Assembly (NCBI GenBank): GCA_049969615.1
Contig: JBMFOM010000016.1
Coordinates: 1-24,796, forward strand
Reading direction: 5' to 3'
DNA: 24,796 nucleotides
Origin: a candidate division WOR-3 bacterium
GTDB taxonomy: Bacteria; Hydrothermota; Hydrothermia; JBDRYB01
The notes under the pieces are model-generated. The model was not told the DNA's origin. It did no database searches and saw only the letters and a list, made by a program, of their open reading frames with translations. Positions within the stretch are counted from its first letter, which is position 1; every line of letters starts with the position of its first letter. Positions 17,098-24,796 of the stretch are shown here, piece after piece. A program made the translations under genes and the position numbers.

Positions 17098-17495
17098 GAT
17101 GAGGCCTCCTTTTTCCTGCCGGATATAGCCCAATAGACTATCTTCGCCGCGCCTATAATCACCATGGGCAGACCTATTAGCAAGGCCACCCCCCAATACT
17201 GGTAGACAAGGAAAAACCCTCCGAGTCCAGCACCCCAGGCCATGAGGGTTATGCCGCCCAGGAGGTCGCTCCGGCTCCTGCCGTTCGCTCCCAAAGCCCT
17301 CGCTATTTTCTCTATATCCTCGCCTGATGCGCCACGCTCCAGAGCGAGCTTTATCTGCTCGTGTGCCATTTTCCTCTTCCTGTAGGCATAGACAAGGCTA
17401 ATGGCAACTATGCCAACTGTAGCCAGGAAGAAGAACACCGGCACCGAAAACACGCCTATAACCGCGAACAATCCAACCAGGTCTCCTGCATCCAT
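17094..17495 (-). CDS. DUF6249-like membrane protein
   Basis: TM helix, then RKRKMAHEQIKLALERG, then SDLLGGITLMAWGAGL and two further TMs; SD GGAGG. Confidence 0.6.
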   Translation of the reverse strand: MDAGDLVGLFAVIGVFSVPVFFFLATVGIVAISLVYAYRKRKMAHEQIKLALERGASGEDIEKIARALGANGRSRSDLLGGITLMAWGAGLGGFFLVYQYWGVALLIGLPMVIIGAAKIVYWAISGRKKEASS

Positions 17496-17527
17496 GTTTG
17501 TTTCCTCCGTTTCATCACGCGAGGTGA

Positions 17528-17554
17528 GACGGAGAAAGATATGAGAAAGTTACA
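17528..17554 (-). promoter_or_regulatory. putative ECF sigma-factor promoter
   Basis: Minus strand TGTAAC-17 nt-CGTC, about 30 nt upstream of the DUF6249-like start. Confidence 0.5.
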
Positions 17555-17620
17555 TCAGCCACGAATAAATTGGGGGGTCCTGGCTTATGCTTATGGGTCT
17601 CAGGGAAATAGATTCAGGGC

Positions 17621-17814
17621 GAGGCCTCTGGTAAACTCTGATAAAGTAGTAATAGCTTACTGGTTTGGGGGAGGAGCACTTTGTCCAAGAGAACGGGTTC
17701 TAAGAGGACCCCTGAAAAATCTCGCCACGAGGGCATTTCCTCAGGATTCTCTTCCGGCTATGATACGGCTCCCGGATGGGGACCAGAGACAAACCGAGAT
17801 TTTTCAGGGGTTTC
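17621..17814 (+). mobile_element. MITE-like repeat, long copy 4
   Basis: GAGGCCTCTGGTAAA followed by a 10-nt tandem duplication CTCTGATAAA...TTTTTCAGGGGTTTC; perfect 5-bp TSD AGGGC (17616-17620 / 17815-17819). Confidence 0.92.
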
Positions 17815-17902
17815 AGGGCATCAAGAACAAGGATAAGACACACCGGAACAAGTCCCTACGAGCCTTGGAGGTTCGCCAGAACGCCAAACCCATCCGGCGC
17901 GT

Positions 17903-18922
17903 CTACAGGATCAATGTCTCCCTTATCTCCCTCCTGTCTGCACCGTAGGCAATGCCAAGGGCTATGGTCCGGAGATTCATGGCCTCTGTTTCCTGCGCCT
18001 TCAGGAACGAGAGGCCTATGCCTACGCCAAGGGGATCGCCGTGAATTCTCTTAGACAGGGCAAACCTGAGGGTTGTCATCTCCAATCTTCTCTCGGCCTC
18101 AGCCAGGGGGGTATCCGATCTCGGGAAAGCAGACCTGTATATAGTGCCTCTCATGATTGCGACAGCGTCCTCATACGTGTCGCACCTCTCCAGCTTCCTG
18201 AGGATATATGGCTTCAGCCTACCGCCGGGAAGGAATTTAACCCTTCCCAGTGGTTTTATGCCGTTCTTGAGGTATATGAGAATACCGACGATATTCCGGG
18301 TATCGGCCAGGCTGTCAAGGAATTCCCGGACCATTGCGCTGTTTTCCCTTCTGCCGAGCCGTTCCTGCGCCCAAATCATGTATCCCTCGTAGAGATAAAA
18401 CTCGGCCGATGGGAGGTCACCGTCCCTGACGAACCTGGTTAGCTCGCGGGTTATCTTTATTGGTAGGGTCAGGTTCCAAGAAGCGAGCCTGTCCAGGACA
18501 TCGGAAGGGGTCTCCTCCTTGAGGAGTTCCGAGAGTCGCGTGTTGTCAAGGGAACCTAGGGGAACCAGGTCTCTGGTTATATCGTCCGCAGAAAGTCCTC
18601 TCGTTTTGCCCCTTAGTAGGGTAATGAGGTTCTGAACATCCCAGCGGCCCAGTATTATCCGGAACAGCTCCCCTGGCTCACCATCGGAAAAACCGAGGAC
18701 ATCCGAGACGGTTTTCTCAAGATGGCGTCTTATTCCCAGGAGTATTCCCTCAATCCCCTCATCTCCGGATGGCATAGATGGACCATAGGGGGTTTCCTTC
18801 AAGGCCCGAAAGAGCGCGTGCAGGTCATCGGCCGAAAGGAGCCTTTCATAGTCATCTGGTTTCAAAAGGCCTGAGAGCCTCGCTCTTATCCGTGCGTTTA
18901 TGTAGCCGTAGTCATCAGGCAT
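17903..18922 (-). CDS. V/A-type ATP synthase subunit C (AtpC/NtpC)
   Basis: DYGYINARIRA..S.LL, WDVQNLITLLRGK, C-terminal E.EAMNLRTIA.G. Confidence 0.88.
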   Translation of the reverse strand: MPDDYGYINARIRARLSGLLKPDDYERLLSADDLHALFRALKETPYGPSMPSGDEGIEGILLGIRRHLEKTVSDVLGFSDGEPGELFRIILGRWDVQNLITLLRGKTRGLSADDITRDLVPLGSLDNTRLSELLKEETPSDVLDRLASWNLTLPIKITRELTRFVRDGDLPSAEFYLYEGYMIWAQERLGRRENSAMVREFLDSLADTRNIVGILIYLKNGIKPLGRVKFLPGGRLKPYILRKLERCDTYEDAVAIMRGTIYRSAFPRSDTPLAEAERRLEMTTLRFALSKRIHGDPLGVGIGLSFLKAQETEAMNLRTIALGIAYGADRREIRETLIL

Positions 18923-18931
18923 GGGTAAAGC

Positions 18932-19363
18932 TTAATGTCTGTGCTTGACCCGGGGCAATTCTGACACCGCAGGTCTTGCCACTGGCACCAGCTTTCCGAA
19001 AGAGATGCCGGGCCTCGCCAGGATGCTTCTTGCGACCTCCTTCACCGCGCTTGCATCGCCGGTTATAGCGGAGACCTCCATGCAGTTTCTCTCATCAATA
19101 TGAAGGTGCAGGGTTGTTATCACGGCATCGTGGTGGCGATGGTAGCCCTCGGTTATTTTCTCCTGAAGGAGCCTCTTGGTGTGGTCAAAAACCGTTATCA
19201 GGACACCGATGACATCACCTCCTTTTTCCCACCTCTCCTCAAGGAGGGCCTTCCTGACCATGTCCCTGACAGCCTCGGAACGATTGGCATAGCCCCTTTC
19301 CATCACAAGCTCGTCCAACTGCCTCGCTGTCTCCTCATCCATTGAGATGCTGAATCTGACCAT
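18932..19363 (-). CDS. nikR: nickel-responsive regulator NikR
   Basis: MVRFSISMD RHH domain, GYANRSEAVRD, H..HH, TLHLHIDERNCMEV; start moved to ATG 19363 because the longer ORF runs into a repeat. Confidence 0.92.
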   Translation of the reverse strand: MVRFSISMDEETARQLDELVMERGYANRSEAVRDMVRKALLEERWEKGGDVIGVLITVFDHTKRLLQEKITEGYHRHHDAVITTLHLHIDERNCMEVSAITGDASAVKEVARSILARPGISFGKLVPVARPAVSELPRVKHRH

Positions 19364-19437
19364 GGATAAATAATAATGCAAACGCTCGTGTTGTCGCCTT
19401 ATAACCCAAATTGAGCCGCTCCCGGGTTCCAAAGATA

Positions 19438-19623
19438 GAGACCTCTGATGAAGTAACAATAACTTATCGGTTTGGGGGAGGAGCACTTTGTCCAAAAGAA
19501 CAGGTTTCTAAGAGGACCCCCTGAAAAATCCCGCCAGGAGGCATTTCCTCAGGGTTCTCTTCTGGCTATGATGAGGCTTTCGGATAAGGGGCAAAGGGCA
19601 AGCCGGGATTTTTCAGGGGTTTC
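19438..19623 (+). mobile_element. MITE-like repeat, long copy 5
   Basis: GAGACCTCTGATGAAG...TTTTTCAGGGGTTTC; internal IR 19518-19533/19604-19619; only ATA is shared by the flanks. Confidence 0.9.
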
Positions 19624-19662
19624 ATAAATGATCCTGCGCAGAAAGTGAGTTATAATTTCTCT

Positions 19663-20058
19663 GTGAAGGAGATAGGTATCCGGACAGACCGAAGATGTCA
19701 GATCCTGGACATAACCCGGCGGGTTGAGGAGGCCGTCGCGGAATCAGGGGTTTCCGAGGGCATATGCATCCTCTATGTCCCTCATACTACCGCTGGGATA
19801 ACGGTGAACGAGGCCGCTGATCCCTCGGTTGCGAGCGACATATCTTCTGCCCTCTCAAAGCTGGTGCCGGCAAACGCGGGCTACTCTCACACCGAGGGCA
19901 ACGCGGACAGCCACATAAAGAGCGTCTTGATCTCGCCTTCAATAACCCTGATAGTAAGGGGTGGGAGGCTTGTCCTGGGCACATGGCAGGGGATATTCTT
20001 CTGCGAGTTTGACGGCCCCAGGAGCAGGAAGCTTATGGTGAAGGTGATGGCAGGATGA
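19663..20058 (+). CDS. yjbQ: YjbQ/UPF0047 family protein
   Basis: PHTTAGITVNE.ADP, HTEGNADSHIK, LGTWQGIFFCEFDGPR; start GTG 19663 after TATAAT-N6. Confidence 0.92.
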   Translation: MKEIGIRTDRRCQILDITRRVEEAVAESGVSEGICILYVPHTTAGITVNEAADPSVASDISSALSKLVPANAGYSHTEGNADSHIKSVLISPSITLIVRGGRLVLGTWQGIFFCEFDGPRSRKLMVKVMAG

Positions 20059-22085
20059 AAAAGCTCGTGCAGATAAGGGGCAGGGCTGTCCTGGTTGAAG
20101 AACCAGCGCCGTTGGCCTCTGTGGGCAGAATTCTTGTCAGGACCAGATTTTCGGCCCTTAGCCCCGGTACAGAGACCGAGCGCCTCAGGCTTGGAGGCAA
20201 CCTGCTGGAGGCCGCTAGGAGACGCCCGGCTGATGTAAAAGCCCTGATTGAATTTGCCGGAAGGCGCGGCTTATGGGAGGCATTCAGACTCGCAACAGAG
20301 CGACTCTCAGAGCCATTGCCTCTTGGTTATTCCCTTTCCGGCGAGATAATTGAGACTGGTGAAGGGGTATCCGGTTTCAACAAGGGCGACCGGGTAGCGT
20401 GCGCCGGAGCGGAGTTCGCGCCTCACGCGGAGTTTGTCTCGGTCCCGGAGCTCATGTCCGCGAGAGTTCCGGATGGTGTTTCCGATCGCGACGCAGCCTT
20501 CGCTACCCTGGGCGCGATAGCCTTCTGGGCAACGAGGAGGGCAGGTGTCTCGGCTGGCGATAAGCTCCTGGTTATCGGACTCGGAATACTCGGCAACCTA
20601 ACCGCGCAGATAGCCAGGGCCTCAGGCGCGTCTGTCTCGGGCCTTGAGAAAAACCCATTTAGGCTCAGAAAGGCTCTGGAAGTAGGGCTTGAGGCCTATG
20701 ATTCCGAACCACCGGGAGATTACGACTCGGTGATCGTTGCTGCCGGCGATCCCGATGGTTCTCTCGCTGAGATTGCTGGCCGTGCGGCCAGGCCGGGCGG
20801 CCGTGTCCTGTTTCTTGGGCCATGGACAAAGCCCATTCCTTACAAGGACTTCTACATGAAAGAGCTCACGATTCTCTCTTCGCGCTCGTATGGCCCCGGC
20901 AGATACGACCCGACATATGAACTCTTGGGCCTGGATTACCCGCCAGAGCTCTCCCGGTGGACCATCAAAAGGTGTATGGAGGCATTTCTTGAGATGCTCG
21001 CTCGCGGGAGCGTTGAGCTTGGGTCTATCATAACCCACACCTTTCCCCTGAACCGCGGGCCCGATGCCTATGCTCTCGCATTGTCCAGCGGGGATTTCCT
21101 GGGAATAGCCATTGAATATGTTGAAGGGGGTTCACCCGGAAATCTCGTGCTTCTGGAGAAACGCGAGCCAAAATTAGGGAGCCTGAGAGTCGGCCTCGTT
21201 GGCGCGGGCAGGTTTGCAACATCAACCCTCATACCCGCGATAAAATCAACTGGCTTGGCGGAACTAGTCTGGGTTGCTGATGAGAAGAACTCAGCGCACC
21301 TCGCCCGACGCCACGGGTTTGCCTCTGCCACGACCGATCCGCTCTCTCTCATAAAAGATCCGGATCTGGACGCAGTCTTCATAGCAACGCCCCACTCTTC
21401 ACACGCGCGGCTCACGATTGAGGCCCTGGCCGCGGGCAAGGCGGTCTTCACCGAAAAGCCCCTGGCTATAACCCGCGATGAGCTGGATGCCCTCAGAAAT
21501 GCCCTAACAAGGGAAGGCGGATTCCTCGCGGTTGACTTCGGACGCAGGTTTTCCCCTATGGCCCGGCTCCTAAGGGAGCATATCGCGGGCCGAGGGCCAT
21601 ATCAGGTTCAGATAAGGGTCAACGCTGGCCCCATTCCTCTAAATCACTGGCTGAACCTTCCCACGGAGGGCGGGAGGGTGATTGGGGAGGCCTGCCACTT
21701 CATTGACCTCGCGAGATTCCTGGTTGGTTCGCGAATAACATGGACAGAGGCAGTCTATCAGACGCAGGACAGCGCGCTTATAAGCCTCAGCTTTGAGGAC
21801 GGCTCATCCGCCTCGGTCGCTTATTTTACGCAAGGCCCAGCCACCCTCCCAAAGGAAAGGATAGAGGTCATGGCAAGGGGAGCCGCGGGGATGATAGATG
21901 ACTTCACGGAACTCGTTCTTTATTCGGAGGAGGGCAAGAGACGTTTTCGCGCGAGGCAGGACAAGGGAACAAGGGAAATCGTCAGGGCCTTTCTTGCCAA
22001 CCTCAAAGAGGGCACTGAGCCACCGATTCCCCTGGATGAGCTCCTGGAGGTTTCGGACGCGACCCTCAGAGCGGGGAGGGTTTGA
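20055..22085 (+). CDS. bi-domain oxidoreductase (MDR/Zn-ADH-like + Gfo/Idh/MocA), of the kind found in surface-polysaccharide loci
   Basis: SPGTE, PLGYS, GDRVACAG...HAE, GLGILG, SRSYGPGRYDP.YE; second domain GLVGAGRFA, IATPHSSH, VFTEKPL, GGRVIGEACHFID. Confidence 0.88.
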   Translation: MKKLVQIRGRAVLVEEPAPLASVGRILVRTRFSALSPGTETERLRLGGNLLEAARRRPADVKALIEFAGRRGLWEAFRLATERLSEPLPLGYSLSGEIIETGEGVSGFNKGDRVACAGAEFAPHAEFVSVPELMSARVPDGVSDRDAAFATLGAIAFWATRRAGVSAGDKLLVIGLGILGNLTAQIARASGASVSGLEKNPFRLRKALEVGLEAYDSEPPGDYDSVIVAAGDPDGSLAEIAGRAARPGGRVLFLGPWTKPIPYKDFYMKELTILSSRSYGPGRYDPTYELLGLDYPPELSRWTIKRCMEAFLEMLARGSVELGSIITHTFPLNRGPDAYALALSSGDFLGIAIEYVEGGSPGNLVLLEKREPKLGSLRVGLVGAGRFATSTLIPAIKSTGLAELVWVADEKNSAHLARRHGFASATTDPLSLIKDPDLDAVFIATPHSSHARLTIEALAAGKAVFTEKPLAITRDELDALRNALTREGGFLAVDFGRRFSPMARLLREHIAGRGPYQVQIRVNAGPIPLNHWLNLPTEGGRVIGEACHFIDLARFLVGSRITWTEAVYQTQDSALISLSFEDGSSASVAYFTQGPATLPKERIEVMARGAAGMIDDFTELVLYSEEGKRRFRARQDKGTREIVRAFLANLKEGTEPPIPLDELLEVSDATLRAGRV

Positions 22086-22193
22086 TGGTTGCTCGTTGGT
22101 CGTCAGAAACCAGAAACAGGAGTTATTTCTTGCCCCTAATGGAAGACATGAGACCATTGGGAAGCTTGCCGATCTTTTCAACGAGATACATCT

Positions 22194-22790
22194 ATGTTCA
22201 CCGGGATAATTGAAAAGATAGGAAAAATTGCCGAGCTAGTGCCCGCGGGCCCGGGCAGGCGTGTGAGGATTGAGGTGGAGGAGATAAGGCTCGCGGTGGG
22301 CGACTCAATAGCCGTGGATGGCGTTTGCCTCACGGCTGAGGAAATCTTGCCAGGAGGTTTCGTGGCATACCTCTCCTCTGAAACCCTGGCGAGAACGAAG
22401 TTCGGCCGTGTCCTCCGGCCCGGTTATCCCGTGAACCTGGAGACGCCACTTGCCCCGGAGAAACTCCTCTCCGGCCACCTGGTTCAAGGCCATGTTGACA
22501 CGGTCGGGGTCCTGAGGAGGCTCACGAGGAGGGGCGAGGAGGCCGAGATTGAGGTTGAGTTCCCGCAGGCCTGGGGAAAATACCTGGTTGAGAAGGGATC
22601 GGTCGCTGTAGACGGGATAAGCCTCACGGTGGTCAAACTGCTCCCCAGCCGTTTTACAGTCGCGCTGGTCTCGCACACACTCAGAGCAACGGCCCTGGGC
22701 CAGAGGCCGCCCCGAAGCCTGCTCAACCTTGAGTTTGACATAATGGCAAAGTATGCCGAGAGGCTCCTCAGGGGTTCTTGCTCATCCTGA
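22194..22790 (+). CDS. ribE: riboflavin synthase (alpha chain)
   Basis: MFTGII, GDSIAVDGVCLT, NLE, GHLVQGHVD, KGSVAVDGISLTV, NLEFD. Confidence 0.96.
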   Translation: MFTGIIEKIGKIAELVPAGPGRRVRIEVEEIRLAVGDSIAVDGVCLTAEEILPGGFVAYLSSETLARTKFGRVLRPGYPVNLETPLAPEKLLSGHLVQGHVDTVGVLRRLTRRGEEAEIEVEFPQAWGKYLVEKGSVAVDGISLTVVKLLPSRFTVALVSHTLRATALGQRPPRSLLNLEFDIMAKYAERLLRGSCSS

Positions 22791-23121
22791 AGAGCCGTTC
22801 TCTGAGCCTGTTGTAGCTCAACTTTGACACCAAAACCCAATTTCTAGCTACCCCTATGTTCTGATGGAACCCTCCTCTCTGCCTCAAACTGACCTCAGGT
22901 CATCTTGCCTTTCGGTGTCCTCGTGAACATGGCTCGTTCTCCTTTCCTTTACCCGGAATATCATAGCTCCCCTGGCCGCAAGCTTGTGGATCGGAGGCTG
23001 ATGGTTGAACCAAAAGGTTGAAAGAGCTTGATAGGGGGCTTTAGGCTATGCCCGTGAAGGAGAAAAAAGGAGGATAGACATAAGCTCAAAAGAAACAAAC
23101 GAGAAAAGGGATCTAGGGGGG

Positions 23122-23138
23122 ACTTTATCAGAGATCTC
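23122..23138 (-). repeat. solo terminal inverted repeat of the MITE/IS family
   Basis: ACTTTATCAGAGATCTC is the exact reverse complement of the copy-1 left end GAGATCTCTGATAAAGT (17/17). Confidence 0.75.
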
Positions 23139-23145
23139 TATTCCT

Positions 23146-24474
23146 GTGAGCGACCCGGAAAACTGGCCCATGCTTGGCGCGGAGTGGTATGATCTGTTGT
23201 GGGATCTCTGCCTTATGACCAACAGGCTGGCCATATTCTCCAAAAGGGCCGCCAAGCTCAAGCTTGAAGAGAGGAGAAAACCCACAAGCCTGGCAAAGCT
23301 CATGTTCTTCCGGGTTTATTTCAAGAGGTTTGCGTCCATAACCGAGGAGATGATCTCCCGGCCCAGAAAAGCAATTATCCGGGAGAGAAAACCAGTTCTT
23401 TCGGCCAGGCTCTCGTCTGTGGACGCGGCCGTGCTCGTGAACGCGGTAAAAGCGGGTTATGGAGGCTCATCCAAGACTTTTCCGGAAACGGTAACGGCCC
23501 ATGTCCGCACTACGACCACAGATACCTACGAAATGCGGTTTTTGCTCTGGTTCGTGAACAGGCTCGTGAATTATTTGAACTGGGCCATTCCGGAGGTGGA
23601 TTCGGCCGAAAAAAGGGGTGAATCCATCGCACTTTTTGTCTCCACCGAGGAGTTGACGAGACATAGATATCGGCTCCTCTGGCTCATGGAAAGCCTTGAG
23701 GACATGGGCATAGAACCGCTTGACTATCCCGAAAACCCACCCCTCTCGTTTGTGAGCCACCCCGTTTACTCCGAGATGTGGCGACTGTTCAGGCAGTTTG
23801 AGGGGATGATCATGCCGAAGGGTTTGAACGAAAGCCTTACCCTGGCCCGGTGGCGGTTCCTCTACGAATTCTGGTGCTTTCTGTCCATTGCTGAATACCT
23901 TGAGGCCAAATGGGAGGAGGAATCGGAAGAGAGGCTCTGGGACACCGAAAACCTGGAAACAGCGATCAGGGAGGATGAACACTTTAGCCTGGCCGCAAAA
24001 ACAGACAGTGTCATGCTCTATTACCAGAAGCATTTCCCCTATTACACGCAGTCGGACGATGGCCTGGGGAGCATAAGCACTGGTTTCAGGCCTGACATCT
24101 GCCTTGTTGACAGCAGAAAAAACCAGCCGGTTCTCATTTTTGACCCGAAGTTCCAGGCCTGGGGTGGCCTGGTTGGTAAGGATGAAGAATCTGACGAGGA
24201 GATGAAGAGGATGATCCCCGGCCTTACCAAGATGCACATTTACAGGGATGCGATCGTGAGGGACAGGGGAGACGATCCGCCTGAACCCGGAGTCTGGGGG
24301 GCGTTTGCGCTTGCACCGGAGGAGGGAAAGGCTGGAGAATTTAGGCCGTTTGACGAGGACTGGAAGATGAAGCACAGGTTCGGAGCGATCAGGATGAGGC
24401 CGTCGGTGAAGGAGAAGGCCCTGGGGGAGGTGGGGGAAATTCTTGAAAAGTGGAGAAGCAAACATGAGGTTTGA
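23146..24474 (+). CDS. DUF2357 / PD-(D/E)XK nuclease (McrC-like), possibly 5'-truncated
   Basis: DTYEMRFL, HPVY, LYEFWCFL, RPDICL...IFDPKF, KMHIYRDAI. Confidence 0.8.
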   Translation: MSDPENWPMLGAEWYDLLWDLCLMTNRLAIFSKRAAKLKLEERRKPTSLAKLMFFRVYFKRFASITEEMISRPRKAIIRERKPVLSARLSSVDAAVLVNAVKAGYGGSSKTFPETVTAHVRTTTTDTYEMRFLLWFVNRLVNYLNWAIPEVDSAEKRGESIALFVSTEELTRHRYRLLWLMESLEDMGIEPLDYPENPPLSFVSHPVYSEMWRLFRQFEGMIMPKGLNESLTLARWRFLYEFWCFLSIAEYLEAKWEEESEERLWDTENLETAIREDEHFSLAAKTDSVMLYYQKHFPYYTQSDDGLGSISTGFRPDICLVDSRKNQPVLIFDPKFQAWGGLVGKDEESDEEMKRMIPGLTKMHIYRDAIVRDRGDDPPEPGVWGAFALAPEEGKAGEFRPFDEDWKMKHRFGAIRMRPSVKEKALGEVGEILEKWRSKHEV

Positions 24475-24796
24475 AGGGTTTGAACCGGCTTGTGCAGACT
24501 TAACCGATAGCTTTTTTAAAGAATTCGTGACAAAGCACGGTTTAGTAACCGCAGTGAAGACGCTTCTTGAAGATTCGCGAGTCACCGCAGGCCGGAGATT
24601 TGTAGGTTCAGTGGCTACAATGTGCCGCATATCAACCTGTTCTGAGATTCGCGAGGCAATTGCTCTGCTCATTAAACGGGGCGAATGGCCCAAGGTAGTG
24701 TCCCGTCTGGTTGAGTGCATTTATCTGGCAAAGGACTTCGGCGATCCCGAAGAATTTGATACTGCTCTTAAATTCTTGTTAAACCTTCCGTGGTAT
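24464..24796 (+). CDS. hypothetical protein, partial (runs off the window)
   Basis: ATG 24464 with GGAG 8 nt upstream, overlapping the nuclease stop; open for 111 codons (MRFEGFEPACADLTDSFFKEF...NLPWY); more AT-rich than its neighbours. Confidence 0.7.
   Translation, partial: MRFEGFEPACADLTDSFFKEFVTKHGLVTAVKTLLEDSRVTAGRRFVGSVATMCRISTCSEIREAIALLIKRGEWPKVVSRLVECIYLAKDFGDPEEFDTALKFLLNLPWY

Noticed and set aside
19364-19495. N-terminal extension of NikR in the ORF track
   Set aside because: Runs into MITE copy 5; NikR homology and the -10 box point to ATG 19363
9545-19623. CRISPR array or riboswitch interpretation of the repeat
   Set aside because: Copies are dispersed, not tandem with spacers; orientation to neighbouring genes is inconsistent; TIRs and TSDs favour a mobile element
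22844-22930. Selenoprotein via the TGA at 22895-22897
   Set aside because: No redox motif, no convincing SECIS, and a TAG follows after 16 codons
23467-24720. 417-aa minus-strand ORF
   Set aside because: Antisense shadow of the DUF2357 nuclease and the following ORF; no recognisable motifs

Overview
This is a bacterial chromosomal window (GC-rich, with frequent ATA/AGG codons) made mostly of housekeeping genes. From left to right: ftcD, a GT-C-like membrane protein, then on the minus strand a ychF-like/ACT/korA/panD/glmU/trxA/gatC run, mtaB-rpmI and cmk::plsC-ispH-rpsA. Next come cobO, HIT, cvpA, a YfcE phosphoesterase, a DUF6249-like gene plus lipoprotein pair, V-ATPase subunit C, nikR, yjbQ, a bi-domain oxidoreductase and ribE. 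The window ends at the probable start of a defence island (DUF2357/PD-(D/E)XK nuclease plus a coupled unknown ORF). The strongest non-genic signal is a dispersed ~187-bp non-autonomous repeat (MITE-like): five full copies, one short form and two solo ends. It has imperfect 15-bp terminal inverted repeats, 4-5-bp target-site duplications, a nested third TIR forming a 16-17-bp stem, and compensatory base changes. Other notable points: six genes with a TANNNT-N6-start (leaderless) layout, a YchF paralog with a destroyed P-loop, many orphan subunits of normally conserved operons, and a chain of NTGA-overlapping ORFs across the MITE-filled yfcE-cvpA gap. All calls are by-eye motif recognition; no database searches were run.
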